Of a DNA stretch of 64,000 nt, positions 36,511 through 46,754 are shown piece after piece (within the stretch, counting starts at the first letter, position 1; each line of letters starts with the position of its first letter). A program made the translations under genes and the position numbers. The notes beneath the pieces were generated by a model. The model did not search any database. It saw only the letters and a list, made by a program, of their open reading frames with translations, and was not told the origin of the DNA. This stretch comes from Bacteroidales bacterium (GTDB taxonomy: Bacteria > Bacteroidota > Bacteroidia > Bacteroidales > CAIWKO01), in assembly GCA_035354195.1 (NCBI GenBank), contig DAOQAT010000001.1:79674-143673 (forward strand), given 5' to 3'.

Positions 36511-39500
36511 ATGAGTTTTTTGTTTTTAAAAATATACGATTTTTTCAGCAGGAGGAAGTACCTGCTTTTTACCATATTGTTTTTACTGGTGGCGGTGTGC
36601 TGGTTTTTGTCCGTGCGGGTAAAGTTCAGTGAAGACATCACCGATTTTTTGCCGAAAACCAAAGATGTTGAAAATATCAATGATGTATTTAAGCTTATAA
36701 AATCCAATGATAAGCTTGTCATTATTATTAGCAGCCAGGGTTCGGGCAGTGAAAATACCGGACGGCTGATCTCATACGCCGATATGCTGTCGGAAGATAT
36801 CCGCAAACAGCTGATGCCTGCACTGATTAAGGATATGACATACCGGATCAGTGAAGAGCAAATGTCGGGAACGTATGACGTGTTGTGGAAAAACCTACCA
36901 TTGTTTCTGGATGAAGACGATTATCAGCGCTTGAGCACGATGATCGATGAAAAAAAGATCGATTCCGTGCTGAACAGTAATTACAAAATGCTGGTTTCGC
37001 CTGCCGGTATCTTCATGCGGAAATACATCGTCCGCGATCCATTAAACATCAGCAGTTATGCGTTGCGGAAAATGAGCATGTCGAGCGTTGGCAACGGTTA
37101 TCAGGTTAGTGATGGATATATCTTTTCGAAAGACAAAAAAAACCTGCTGATGTTTTTAAGCTCGGCCAATCCGACGAGCGAAAGCTTTAATAATACCAAA
37201 CTTGTTGATAAACTGGATGACATAATTGATAATAATCTGAAGAATATCAATGACAAGTCAGTCAATATCCAGTATTATGGGGCCGCCGCAGCTTCCGTTT
37301 GTAACGCCCGGCAGATGAAGACCGATTTTGCGGTAACCATGGGGATCGCCGTATTGATATTGCTGGTCTTTTTTGGGTTGTTTTTCAAAAACAAAACCAC
37401 CATCATCATGCTGATGCTTCCTGTGGTTTTCGGCGGGTTATTTTCTTTTGCCATCATTTCACTGATTCATCCGGATATTTCGCTTATAGCCATTGGCGCG
37501 GGTTCTGTGATTCTGGGCATCGCCATTAATTATTCCATACATTTTTATGCCCATTACCGCCATGTGTCGTCCATACGGCAGGTGATCAAAGACCTGGCAG
37601 CCCCGCTGACTATCGGCAGTACCACAACCATCGGCGCTTTTTTAGGGCTGCTGCTGGTGAAGTCGGATGTGCTCAGGGATTTCGGCCTGTTCTCGGCTTT
37701 ATGCCTTGTCGGCGCTGTCTTGTTTACCCTTATTTTTCTTCCCTTTTTTATAAAGGCCAGGCAAGAACAGGCGGCAGAACCGGACAAGCCCAATTTAATA
37801 GACAGGTTTTCATCGTATCATTTCGAAAGAAATCCATACATTATTGCCGGGGTGATTGTTCTGACCATTTTCTTTTTTGTGATGGCCCGGAAAATCAGTT
37901 TTGAAAATGATATGAACAAGCTGGGGTATACTTCGGAAAAATTAAAACAAGCCGAACAAACCCTTACTAATATTTCTGACAGTTCGCTGCGCCAGGTGTT
38001 TGTCGTTTCCAAAGGTAATGACCTGAATGAGGCTTTGAAAAATAATGAACAGATAAGCCGTAAAATCATCAAGCTGCAACAGGAGAAGGTCATTGACCAG
38101 GTCTCTGGCGTGTCGCCGGTGTTGTTGTCCGATTCGGTGCAACGGCAGAAAATTGAAAAGTGGGAATCGTTCTGGACAAAGGGGCGCAAAGAAAATATCA
38201 AAAAATGGATGTTGTCAGGCGGCCGGAAACTAAAGTTCCGCGATGATTCCTTCAACGAATTTTTTGCAGCGCTTGACCGTAAGTATTCACAGATGAGCAG
38301 CACGGATTTTGACCAACTGAAAAGTCAATATGCAGGGCAATTTGTGCATCAGGGAGAGAAAAATAATTTTGTGATCACCATCTTAAAAATAAATCCAAAG
38401 CAGCGTGATGCGGTGATAGCAGCCATTCCGGAAGATAAACATACGGTGGTTGTTGAAACACAAAACCTGCTGTCGCATTTTATCGATATCATCAATAATG
38501 ACTTTAACACCATCCTGCTGATCTCGTCGCTGCTGGTATTTTGCTTTTTATTGTTTTCATACGGCCGTATCGAACTGGCGCTTATTGCTTTTGTCCCGAT
38601 GCTAATCAGCTGGGTGTGGATACTCGGCATTATGAGCCTGTTTGACATAAAGTTCAATATTTTCAGCATCATCATCTCAGCCTTTATTTTCGGCTTAGGG
38701 GACGACTACAGCATTTTCATCATGGATGGTTTGCTGCAGGAATATAAGTCGGGTGTGAAGCTGCTCAACTCATACAAGACAGCGGTGTTTTTATCGGCTT
38801 TCACCGTGTTTGTGGGTGTGGGCGTACTGATCTTTGCAAAACACCCGGCTTTGCGGTCTATTGCCACACTCACCATCATTGGCATGCTTTCCGTGGTATT
38901 CCTGTCGTACACCATTGCACCGGCCTTGTTCAAAATGCTGGTTTACAAAAAAAACAAACTACGTAAATTTCCCGTGACATTTTTTGGATTGCTGTACGCG
39001 TTGTATGGCTATACCTATTTTGTAGGAGGTTGTATCATCACCGGTGTTTTAGGATTAACGCTCATCAAAATATTGCCCGTTGGAAAGAAAAAACAGCGTT
39101 ATATTTTTCATTACCTGATGATGCTCGTATGCCGCAGCACCATGTTTGTCATGTTTTTTACCAAAAAACGCTTTATCAACCTTTCGGCCGAAACATTTAA
39201 AAAACCGGCTGTGATTATTTGCAACCACCAGTCTATTATTGATATTCCGCTGCTGATGATGTTCTATCCAAAAATCATCATGATCACCAACGACAAATGG
39301 TTTAGGTCGAAAATTCGTGGAATTATCATCAGGATGTCCGGCTACCTGCCGTCTTCACTGGGTTATGATGTGATAAGTGAAAAGTATGCCGAATACGTCG
39401 CCAGCGGGTATTCCATCGTGATATTCCCCGAAGGATCGCGCTCTGAAGACCATGAAATACACCGTTTTCATAAAGGTGCGTTTTATCTGGCCGAAAAAAT

Positions 39501-40362
39501 GAAACTGGATATTTTGCCTGTCGTGATGAATGGAACCGGAAATTATGTGGCAAAAGGCGAGTTGATGGGTCGGAGAAGCCTGATCACGCTTAAATTTTTA
39601 GACCGGATAACTCCTGAAAATACTTCCTTTGGAACAACGTACCTGGAGCGTTCCAAGGGCCTTACAAACCTTTACAGAAAAGAGTTTGATGAGATGCTTG
39701 ACGGATACAGGAAACCTGTTTTTTATAAAGACACCCTGATCAAAAATTTTATTTATAAAGGACCTATCCTGGAATGGTACACACGTATCAAACTCAAGCT
39801 TGAAAATAATTATGAGTTGTATAACAACCTGATCCCGATGAAGGCGAAAATCCTGGATATCGGATGCGGCTATGGTTACATGTCTTTGATCCTCGGCATG
39901 ATCTCAAAAAACAGGATCATCAAAGGAATCGATTACGATCAGGAGAAAATCGAAGTCGCCGCGCACTGTATGTCAAAACCTGAAAATGTTAGTTTTGGCT
40001 TCGAAGACATTTTGAACTACGGGATAGAAAACCAGGATGTATTTTTATTGAGTGATGTACTTCATTACGTTAACCCGGAACAGCAGCATGCGATACTTTC
40101 AAAGTGCGCCTCGCAATTGAATGATGGCGGGATGATACTGGTTCGCGACGGCAACAAGGACCTAAGCGGCAGGCATGGATTGACAAAACTTACCGAACTC
40201 TTCTCCACCAATTTCGGGTTTAATAAAACAGGCGGAGACAAGCTGCATTTTTTATCCTCGAAACTTCTTGAAGAAATTGCTGCAAATTATAACCTGCAAA
40301 TGAGCGTAATTGATGACAACAGGATGTCGTCGAATGTGTTGTTTGTATTGAAAAAGCAATAA
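36511..40362 (+). CDS. MMPL/RND transporter - lysophospholipid acyltransferase - class I SAM methyltransferase fusion
   Basis: Two TM bundles (GIAINYSIH, GLGDDYSIF), NHQSIID/FPEGSRS, ILDIGCGYG. Confidence 0.88.
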   Translation: MSFLFLKIYDFFSRRKYLLFTILFLLVAVCWFLSVRVKFSEDITDFLPKTKDVENINDVFKLIKSNDKLVIIISSQGSGSENTGRLISYADMLSEDIRKQLMPALIKDMTYRISEEQMSGTYDVLWKNLPLFLDEDDYQRLSTMIDEKKIDSVLNSNYKMLVSPAGIFMRKYIVRDPLNISSYALRKMSMSSVGNGYQVSDGYIFSKDKKNLLMFLSSANPTSESFNNTKLVDKLDDIIDNNLKNINDKSVNIQYYGAAAASVCNARQMKTDFAVTMGIAVLILLVFFGLFFKNKTTIIMLMLPVVFGGLFSFAIISLIHPDISLIAIGAGSVILGIAINYSIHFYAHYRHVSSIRQVIKDLAAPLTIGSTTTIGAFLGLLLVKSDVLRDFGLFSALCLVGAVLFTLIFLPFFIKARQEQAAEPDKPNLIDRFSSYHFERNPYIIAGVIVLTIFFFVMARKISFENDMNKLGYTSEKLKQAEQTLTNISDSSLRQVFVVSKGNDLNEALKNNEQISRKIIKLQQEKVIDQVSGVSPVLLSDSVQRQKIEKWESFWTKGRKENIKKWMLSGGRKLKFRDDSFNEFFAALDRKYSQMSSTDFDQLKSQYAGQFVHQGEKNNFVITILKINPKQRDAVIAAIPEDKHTVVVETQNLLSHFIDIINNDFNTILLISSLLVFCFLLFSYGRIELALIAFVPMLISWVWILGIMSLFDIKFNIFSIIISAFIFGLGDDYSIFIMDGLLQEYKSGVKLLNSYKTAVFLSAFTVFVGVGVLIFAKHPALRSIATLTIIGMLSVVFLSYTIAPALFKMLVYKKNKLRKFPVTFFGLLYALYGYTYFVGGCIITGVLGLTLIKILPVGKKKQRYIFHYLMMLVCRSTMFVMFFTKKRFINLSAETFKKPAVIICNHQSIIDIPLLMMFYPKIIMITNDKWFRSKIRGIIIRMSGYLPSSLGYDVISEKYAEYVASGYSIVIFPEGSRSEDHEIHRFHKGAFYLAEKMKLDILPVVMNGTGNYVAKGELMGRRSLITLKFLDRITPENTSFGTTYLERSKGLTNLYRKEFDEMLDGYRKPVFYKDTLIKNFIYKGPILEWYTRIKLKLENNYELYNNLIPMKAKILDIGCGYGYMSLILGMISKNRIIKGIDYDQEKIEVAAHCMSKPENVSFGFEDILNYGIENQDVFLLSDVLHYVNPEQQHAILSKCASQLNDGGMILVRDGNKDLSGRHGLTKLTELFSTNFGFNKTGGDKLHFLSSKLLEEIAANYNLQMSVIDDNRMSSNVLFVLKKQ

Positions 40363-40392
40363 GGGTTAAAGATTATTTGCCTATCTTAGTAC

Positions 40393-41421
40393 ATGAATTT
40401 GAAAGTTTTAATACGGATTATTGCTTTTGCTTTCGCAATTCCCCTAAATGGAACTTGTCAGTGTTTTACCATCAATTTTATTAATAATCCAGGCCTTGAA
40501 GATTTCACCTGCTGCCCGACAGATTATTCAATGATTTCATGTGCTGATTATTGGACACAGCCCTTGCCTTCCAGTAGTTCCGATTATTTTAATACCTGTG
40601 GAATTAACGCTGTTGTTAACCCGACAGCCGGGCTGTTTTTTCAATATGCACACTTTGGAAATGGATATGCCGGTATTTGCTGTGATTATTACCCGGGCGA
40701 TGTAACGCCGACGTTCCAATACCGGGAGTATCTGCAGGCAGTATTATCAGAATCATTAATTGCCGGCCAGTGTTATTATTGTGAATTTTGGGTAAGGCCT
40801 TTTAATAATTTTGGCATGGCAGAAACATTTTCGGCGATAGATGATATCGGGATATTTTTTTCGGATACACTCATAAAAACAGGCCATCCGACAGAGCCAC
40901 TTTTTTTGACTGCCCAAATTAAAAATCCTTCTGGCCGCATAATTTCTGACACAACAGCCTGGACCCAAATTAATGGTAACTTCATGGCTGAAGGCGGTGA
41001 AAAGTTTCTTACCATTGGCACATTTGGCGCCGATAGTACTATTAACAGGTTTTATTATCATTATATTCAAGGTTATTCTAATGCTGTTTATTATTTTTTC
41101 GACAACTTTTCTCTTTGTCCCTGCGATGATACCATCCCGCCCAAACCGGAAATAGTGTATGTTCCCGATATTTTTTCGCCTAACGGCGATGGAAACAATG
41201 ATGTGCTTTATGTGCGAAGCCTTCATATAAAAGAATTAGGTTTCAGTGTTTATAACCGCTGGGGCGAAAAAGTTTTCGAAAGCCAAAGCAAAAATGAGGG
41301 CTGGGATGGCAACTACAAAGGCCGGCCCTGCAGCCCGGATGTGTATGTGTATCATGTCGCCATCGTGTTTGAAGACGGCACGGAGGAGAGTAGGAAAGGA
41401 AATGTGACACTGGTGAGGTGA
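40393..41421 (+). CDS. T9SS type B (gliding-motility-associated CTD) protein
   Basis: FSPNGDGNND...YNRWGEKVF...WDG...VYVY...KGNVTLVR. Confidence 0.88.
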   Translation: MNLKVLIRIIAFAFAIPLNGTCQCFTINFINNPGLEDFTCCPTDYSMISCADYWTQPLPSSSSDYFNTCGINAVVNPTAGLFFQYAHFGNGYAGICCDYYPGDVTPTFQYREYLQAVLSESLIAGQCYYCEFWVRPFNNFGMAETFSAIDDIGIFFSDTLIKTGHPTEPLFLTAQIKNPSGRIISDTTAWTQINGNFMAEGGEKFLTIGTFGADSTINRFYYHYIQGYSNAVYYFFDNFSLCPCDDTIPPKPEIVYVPDIFSPNGDGNNDVLYVRSLHIKELGFSVYNRWGEKVFESQSKNEGWDGNYKGRPCSPDVYVYHVAIVFEDGTEESRKGNVTLVR

Positions 41422-41427
41422 GAGGAG

Positions 41428-41575
41428 CAAATAATCAAATTCCAAATCCAAATAACAAACAAATTCCAATATCCAAATTTTCAAAATTCAAAACGGCGGT
41501 TTGAAAAATTGGATATTATATTTTGAATATTGTTTGTCCGCCGCGGCGAATTTGAAATTTGATTTTTGGAATTTA
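41428..41575. repeat. inverted heptamer array (CAAATTC-like then GAAATTT-like) containing a TCCGCCGCGGCGA palindrome
   Basis: Degenerate 7-nt periodicity on both arms, between convergent genes. Confidence 0.75.
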
Positions 41576-41581
41576 ATCCTG

Positions 41582-42310
41582 TTACTTCTGCAATTTCAGC
41601 ACTATGGCAATGCCGTCATGGTCGGCGGTGGTATTCAGCGAATCGTTCAGGATAAAGTTGTGCATATTGACGTAATCAATGATTTTGTAATGGCTTTTCT
41701 GTTCCAGGCTTTCTGCAAATTCATCCCGTGCCCTGTTAAATGAAGCAAAGCTGTGTTTCACTTTGTCAAAAGGTGCAATATTTTCCCTGCTGAGTGCGGC
41801 GATAAAGATGTATGAATTACCAAAAAAATGAGGCCCGAACACACGCCCATGGTTGTTGTCCATCTCGGCAACATGGTTTGAGAAGGCGTGGTTTTTTTCA
41901 CGGGGCAGTTGTGCATAAAAACCGGTGTCAATAAAACCCAGGTATCCTCCGGTATGCAGCGCCCTGACAGGATATCCGGCTTGTAAAAGTTCTGCGGTGA
42001 GCTTCTGCACGGCTTCTTCGGCGCTTTTCGAAACACTGTCAATCAGTATAATATTGATAGGCTCGATCAGGTTTTTGTTCCGGTATTTCACCCCAAGCCA
42101 GTGCGCCCTTAGCGAGTCGGCCTGGTACATCCATTTGCCCAAAGCCGGAAGCCCTTTTATACAGACGGTATCAACAGCTATGGCCACTGTGCTGTCCACC
42201 TGAAGCGCAGATGATTCCTCCTGTTTGGGCGCTGACCGATGGCAGGCACAAAATAAACACAGGCTGGAAAGTATTAACAGATTTAGAAATGATTTCATAT
42301 GGATAAACAA
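41582..42310 (-). CDS. hypothetical lipoprotein
   Basis: Lipobox-like CAC; EPINIIL, NHGRVFG, SFNRARD motifs. Confidence 0.65.
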   Translation of the reverse strand: MFIHMKSFLNLLILSSLCLFCACHRSAPKQEESSALQVDSTVAIAVDTVCIKGLPALGKWMYQADSLRAHWLGVKYRNKNLIEPINIILIDSVSKSAEEAVQKLTAELLQAGYPVRALHTGGYLGFIDTGFYAQLPREKNHAFSNHVAEMDNNHGRVFGPHFFGNSYIFIAALSRENIAPFDKVKHSFASFNRARDEFAESLEQKSHYKIIDYVNMHNFILNDSLNTTADHDGIAIVLKLQK

Positions 42311-42394
42311 TTTAGTTAAAATTATTCACTTTGTATGCAGCTCCTAAAATATTTTCCTGAGGTTGCATGCCTCGTCAAACCACATGCTTCAGAA

Positions 42395-43651
42395 TTATTT
42401 TATGATAGATTTATACACGGTTGTTTTAAATTCATTAAAAACCGGATAATAATAATTTGGAACAAACTGAGTCATCAAAATCAATATTAAATCCTCTTTC
42501 GGGTCGATTAAAAAATACGTATTGGCAGAACCAGACCACCAGTACGAACCAATATTTTCGTTGCTGCCGGAGGCGTTTTGCCTGTTACGAACCGCCACGC
42601 CAAAGCCAAATCCCATTCCTGATAACAGGTCCCCGAAAAAATCATCATCAGGCATTACTTCATTGGTTATGTGATCTGATGTCAATGAATCAACGGTGGC
42701 GCTTTTTAAAATGCTAACTCCGTTGTATGTACCTTTATTCAAAAGCATTTGGCAAAATATCATGTAATCGTTAGCTGTTGACAGCAGCCCTCCGTTGCCC
42801 GATAAAAATGTTGGTTTTGCCGAGACGTTGTTGACCACAGAATCCAGTATCACCTGAATATTCCCGGAATCAGCAGGGGCATATACCGAAGAAACCCTGT
42901 CCAGCTTATCCGCAGGGACATAAAAGCCAGTATCATCCATTTTCAACGGCTTAAAGATCCTCTTGCTGATAAATTCGTCAAAGGGCATTCCCGAAACCAC
43001 CTCGACGATATAAGCCAGCACATCAAATGATCTTCCATAGTTCCATGTGGTTCCCGGCTGGTATAGCAAAGGTATTTTTGACAACTTAGCCGCCATATCT
43101 TTTAATGTTCCTGCCGACAGGCCGGCAGCCCGGTACATCGAGTCGATGGGCGTATCATCCATCCCGCTCGCCAAACCTGAAGTATGCATCAGCAGTTGGC
43201 TGATGGTCATGGGCCTTTTGACAGCTTCCAGGTGTAAACCGCCCTGATTCATTGATGACAGGACCTGTAGATTCTTAAATTCCGGAATATATTTTTCTAC
43301 CGGATCATTGATATCTAATTTCCCATCATCATACAATATCATGATGGCCACGCTTGTAATGGGTTTTGTCATCGAGGCAATACGAAAAATTGCATTTAGT
43401 TGCATGGGCTTGGAGGCGCTCATATGACCAAATTTCTCAAGGTATGCCAGCTTATTGTGGCGGCCAATCATCGCGATCATTCCCGGAAGTTTTTTCTCTG
43501 CTACATATTTTTGCATGAATAAATTCATTTTATTCAGGCTGTCTGACGACAAACCAACTTCTTCCGGCTTTGATCCAAAAGGCTTGTCAGCAAACTGTGC
43601 GAAACAGTTTATGTGGATAAAGATCAAGAGCAGTAAAAGGGGTTTTTTCAT
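42395..43651 (-). CDS. serine hydrolase, beta-lactamase/esterase (AmpC-like) family
   Basis: FRIASMTK (SxxK), LLMHTSGL, PG..WNY, GGLLST. Confidence 0.9.
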   Translation of the reverse strand: MKKPLLLLLIFIHINCFAQFADKPFGSKPEEVGLSSDSLNKMNLFMQKYVAEKKLPGMIAMIGRHNKLAYLEKFGHMSASKPMQLNAIFRIASMTKPITSVAIMILYDDGKLDINDPVEKYIPEFKNLQVLSSMNQGGLHLEAVKRPMTISQLLMHTSGLASGMDDTPIDSMYRAAGLSAGTLKDMAAKLSKIPLLYQPGTTWNYGRSFDVLAYIVEVVSGMPFDEFISKRIFKPLKMDDTGFYVPADKLDRVSSVYAPADSGNIQVILDSVVNNVSAKPTFLSGNGGLLSTANDYMIFCQMLLNKGTYNGVSILKSATVDSLTSDHITNEVMPDDDFFGDLLSGMGFGFGVAVRNRQNASGSNENIGSYWWSGSANTYFLIDPKEDLILILMTQFVPNYYYPVFNEFKTTVYKSIIK

Positions 43652-43766
43652 TGAGAACCATTTTAATTTTTATATGTGTTACAGCTCTGTGGGAGGCACT
43701 CCGGTGGTGGTAACAAATCAAAGGTTGTTTATGAAATTATGCCAGAGAGCAATTTTTAAATGTCCA

Positions 43767-44744
43767 TCAGTCAGTGATTACTAATTTTTCTGTAGCAATT
43801 ATTTTATTTTCTTGCGTAAGTTGCAGAAAGTACATTCCCTTTTGCAAATAGTCTCGGTATATGGTTACTGATTGTTCACAGATATTTTTGATGGTTTTTA
43901 CTGCTTGTCCATAAACATTGTAAACTGTTAATATTGCACTTTTTAATGGATTCTCAGAATGCAATGTAGTTTGTGCTGAAAATGGATTTGGATATACGTT
44001 GATCGTATTTTCTTTGATTTTGGTTTCAGATATTCCGTCCCCCAAATAATATGAACATAAACTTATATCATCAATCATCCAGCCTTCTTTCGAATTATTA
44101 ATGCTATCTGAAATAAAATTAAAGCGGATAATCATAGTGTCTGGTGGAAAGGTTTTTTTACAAGGTGTTATATACCATTGCAGGATCGTATGTATCCAGC
44201 TATTTGAGTGCCCGGAAAAACCATATTCCCCGTTAAAAAGGATATCGCTGGTTGAATAAATATTTGATGGACAAACAAAACCATTGCCAGGAGTTCCATC
44301 ACCTTGATAAATTGAATCATTAATAACATTAATCCAGGTTAACCCTTTGTCCCATGAAACGGTTATATAGCAACCATCTTTAAGAGTGTCTGTGTCGAAT
44401 TTATGCCAAAAACCGATGAACATATTTCCGTAGTATGCACAATCAAAATTAAAATCACCAATATAAAGGTCAAAATAAGAATGGTTATTTACAGGGTAAT
44501 TGTTTAAAGTATCCGTCACAATTGCATAAGGATTTGAGTAAGCTGAATCAAAAAATATTTTTTGCGGATGGCCAATTTCCCATAAATTTTGCGATGATGT
44601 GTCTATGTGAATGTAATTGCACACGCTGTCAAATGATACAGCAGGACATGGCGTGGTGTCACAGAAGCTTAATTTACTTTGCGTTTGTGAATAAGTGAAA
44701 AAGAAATTTCCAGACAAGATCAGGATTAACATTACTTTTTTCAT
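43767..44744 (-). CDS. T9SS type A CTD protein
   Basis: Signal peptide, GWMIDDI jelly-roll end, VYPNP...GMYF...EKLVI; -7 box at 44890-44897. Confidence 0.82.
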   Translation of the reverse strand: MKKVMLILILSGNFFFTYSQTQSKLSFCDTTPCPAVSFDSVCNYIHIDTSSQNLWEIGHPQKIFFDSAYSNPYAIVTDTLNNYPVNNHSYFDLYIGDFNFDCAYYGNMFIGFWHKFDTDTLKDGCYITVSWDKGLTWINVINDSIYQGDGTPGNGFVCPSNIYSTSDILFNGEYGFSGHSNSWIHTILQWYITPCKKTFPPDTMIIRFNFISDSINNSKEGWMIDDISLCSYYLGDGISETKIKENTINVYPNPFSAQTTLHSENPLKSAILTVYNVYGQAVKTIKNICEQSVTIYRDYLQKGMYFLQLTQENKIIATEKLVITD

Positions 44745-44965
44745 AGTCTTTTTTTAGAATTATTGATAACCATTTGAGAAAAATTACAAAATCCCCCAAA
44801 ATCCACCGCCCACTCTCCAACCATATTCACTAACAAATACTTTTTTCATCCCCGTTTCCGGCCGTTTTAGCTTATTTATTAATATCTAACAAATGTAGAA
44901 ATATTTTATACTGAACAATAAAATTTTAACAATTTTTTTGGCTTATTGTTTTTTGTCGGAATTTA

Positions 44966-46444
44966 TCAGTTGGATTGCAATTGCAAAATAATTTCGAATT
45001 GATCCTGAACCCCGGCTTCGTTGATGGCGGCCCATCTGTCAGCATGTATCAGTTTTATTTGTCTGTCATGAAAAACAATAATATCTGTGCTGTCCATCAA
45101 ATCAATAAATTTTTCGAGTTTGGCTTTGCTGGATAATGAAAGTTGTTCGATCCTCTCGCCCGGGATAAGCGACAACCTTCGGTCATGAATCTCGCGCTTT
45201 TCTTTTTCCATGCGTGTCTCAATTTCAACCTCCTTTTGCTTTTCGAGCATGATCTGTTCCTTTTTATTTTGGAATTCCTCCTCTGTAAGCATACCGTTGT
45301 TTTTTCGTTTCACCAATGTGTCTATCATCGGTTGGGTGCGCATATTTACCTTTATTTCAACGGCTTTTTGTTCAAATTCCGTTTCATTAATTTCTCCTTT
45401 CGCTTTGGCATCGGCAAGTATTTTCAATTCCTGCATTTCCATTTCCATGGGACTTAAGGGCATGTCTGTATCCTGCGGGCCATCGTCAACTTCTACTTCA
45501 AAAAATTTGTGGTAATTAACCAGCAGAAGAATTATAATCGCAATGTAATAGCCAATAAAAACCAGTATTGCCGGTAACGGCATGAAAGCACAGAGAATAA
45601 TCAGCATAATTATACTGGATATGTTTGCCAGAACAGCCTGCAGCCGATACTTTTTTTTGTGCCATAAAACGGTAACGCCCATTAAAAGAGTATAAACAGA
45701 TGCAATAAGAAACAGAAAGGCAAATAAAGAGCTGTAACCATCTAAATTCAGGGTAATTATCAATGAAACAAGTATCCAATATGCGGGGAATGCGATCATC
45801 ATAATTCCGGCAACTATCAGTGCCGCGGTTTTCCGTTTTTTTGGCAGAGGCCTGTCTGTGGCAACTGCCACAATTTGTTTGGCCAATTCATAGCGGGGAT
45901 TTTCCATCATTGGAGTTTTGACATCAGGAGCTGTCTCCGTTTTATCTGTCTTAGCCTTGTTATAATCGCTGATACCTTCGCGTATGCTGCGGCGCATGAG
46001 AAAATATAGGCCAAAGATGAAAACCACATCACAGAAAATGTAAGAAACGGCCATCCCAAGCCTGAAAATAAATGGTACTTCATAGATAGTAAAAGAGAAA
46101 ATAGCCATAATGATCAGCAAAATCATTATTACAAACATCATGATAATGCATGCCACCCTTCCCCATTCTTTGAACTTGAATAAGGCGCGCGCTGAAAAGA
46201 ACAGGGGAATACAGATCAATGAATTTGAAAATACCAGAACTGTGTAATGTCTAAACATCCAGTTGAGATATATGGAGAACAAAGGACTGCCCGATTGCAT
46301 GTCATTAAATTGTGGAAAAATAAACAACGACATTAATCCGGCGATAACATTGGCGCAAAATGTCAGGATTGATGTTATGAATAAAATAATACCAATTATT
46401 TTGGCAGCATATAATCGTTTATCCAATTTTTGTGATGGGCTCAT
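44966..46444 (-). CDS. multi-pass membrane protein with SHOCT-like C-terminal helices
   Basis: ~8 TM segments; GEINETEFEQK and GMLTEEEFQNKK motifs. Confidence 0.7.
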   Translation of the reverse strand: MSPSQKLDKRLYAAKIIGIILFITSILTFCANVIAGLMSLFIFPQFNDMQSGSPLFSIYLNWMFRHYTVLVFSNSLICIPLFFSARALFKFKEWGRVACIIMMFVIMILLIIMAIFSFTIYEVPFIFRLGMAVSYIFCDVVFIFGLYFLMRRSIREGISDYNKAKTDKTETAPDVKTPMMENPRYELAKQIVAVATDRPLPKKRKTAALIVAGIMMIAFPAYWILVSLIITLNLDGYSSLFAFLFLIASVYTLLMGVTVLWHKKKYRLQAVLANISSIIMLIILCAFMPLPAILVFIGYYIAIIILLLVNYHKFFEVEVDDGPQDTDMPLSPMEMEMQELKILADAKAKGEINETEFEQKAVEIKVNMRTQPMIDTLVKRKNNGMLTEEEFQNKKEQIMLEKQKEVEIETRMEKEKREIHDRRLSLIPGERIEQLSLSSKAKLEKFIDLMDSTDIIVFHDRQIKLIHADRWAAINEAGVQDQFEIILQLQSN

Positions 46445-46600
46445 GATGTTTTATTTTATGTGTTTAGTCACACTTTTTGTTTAATATGAACTGTGATATT
46501 TATTTCTAATTGATTTAACAAATATATAATTTATTGATCTTACAGATTTAAATCTTAAAAATTATTTTTCATTATTTGTGTTTGACTCTGCATCCTCTCG

Positions 46601-46652
46601 TTCGGCGAAGGTTCCACCTTCGCCGAAATTATTATAACAGGCTGAAGCCTGT
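46601..46652. repeat. two GC-rich hairpins (REP-like)
   Basis: TTCGGCGAAGG-TTCCA-CCTTCGCCGAA and ACAGGC-TGAA-GCCTGT. Confidence 0.65.
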
Positions 46653-46754
46653 AAGAATAATAACAGGTCGTGTTCAGAAATGAGCCCCTTTTCCATTTCC
46701 GCAGAAAAAATTATCTTTGCAACACTATACCATAACTTTTGATCAATTTTTTGT

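Noticed and set aside
42395..43651. Antibiotic-resistance beta-lactamase
   Set aside because: Motifs fit the broad serine hydrolase/esterase family; substrate cannot be inferred
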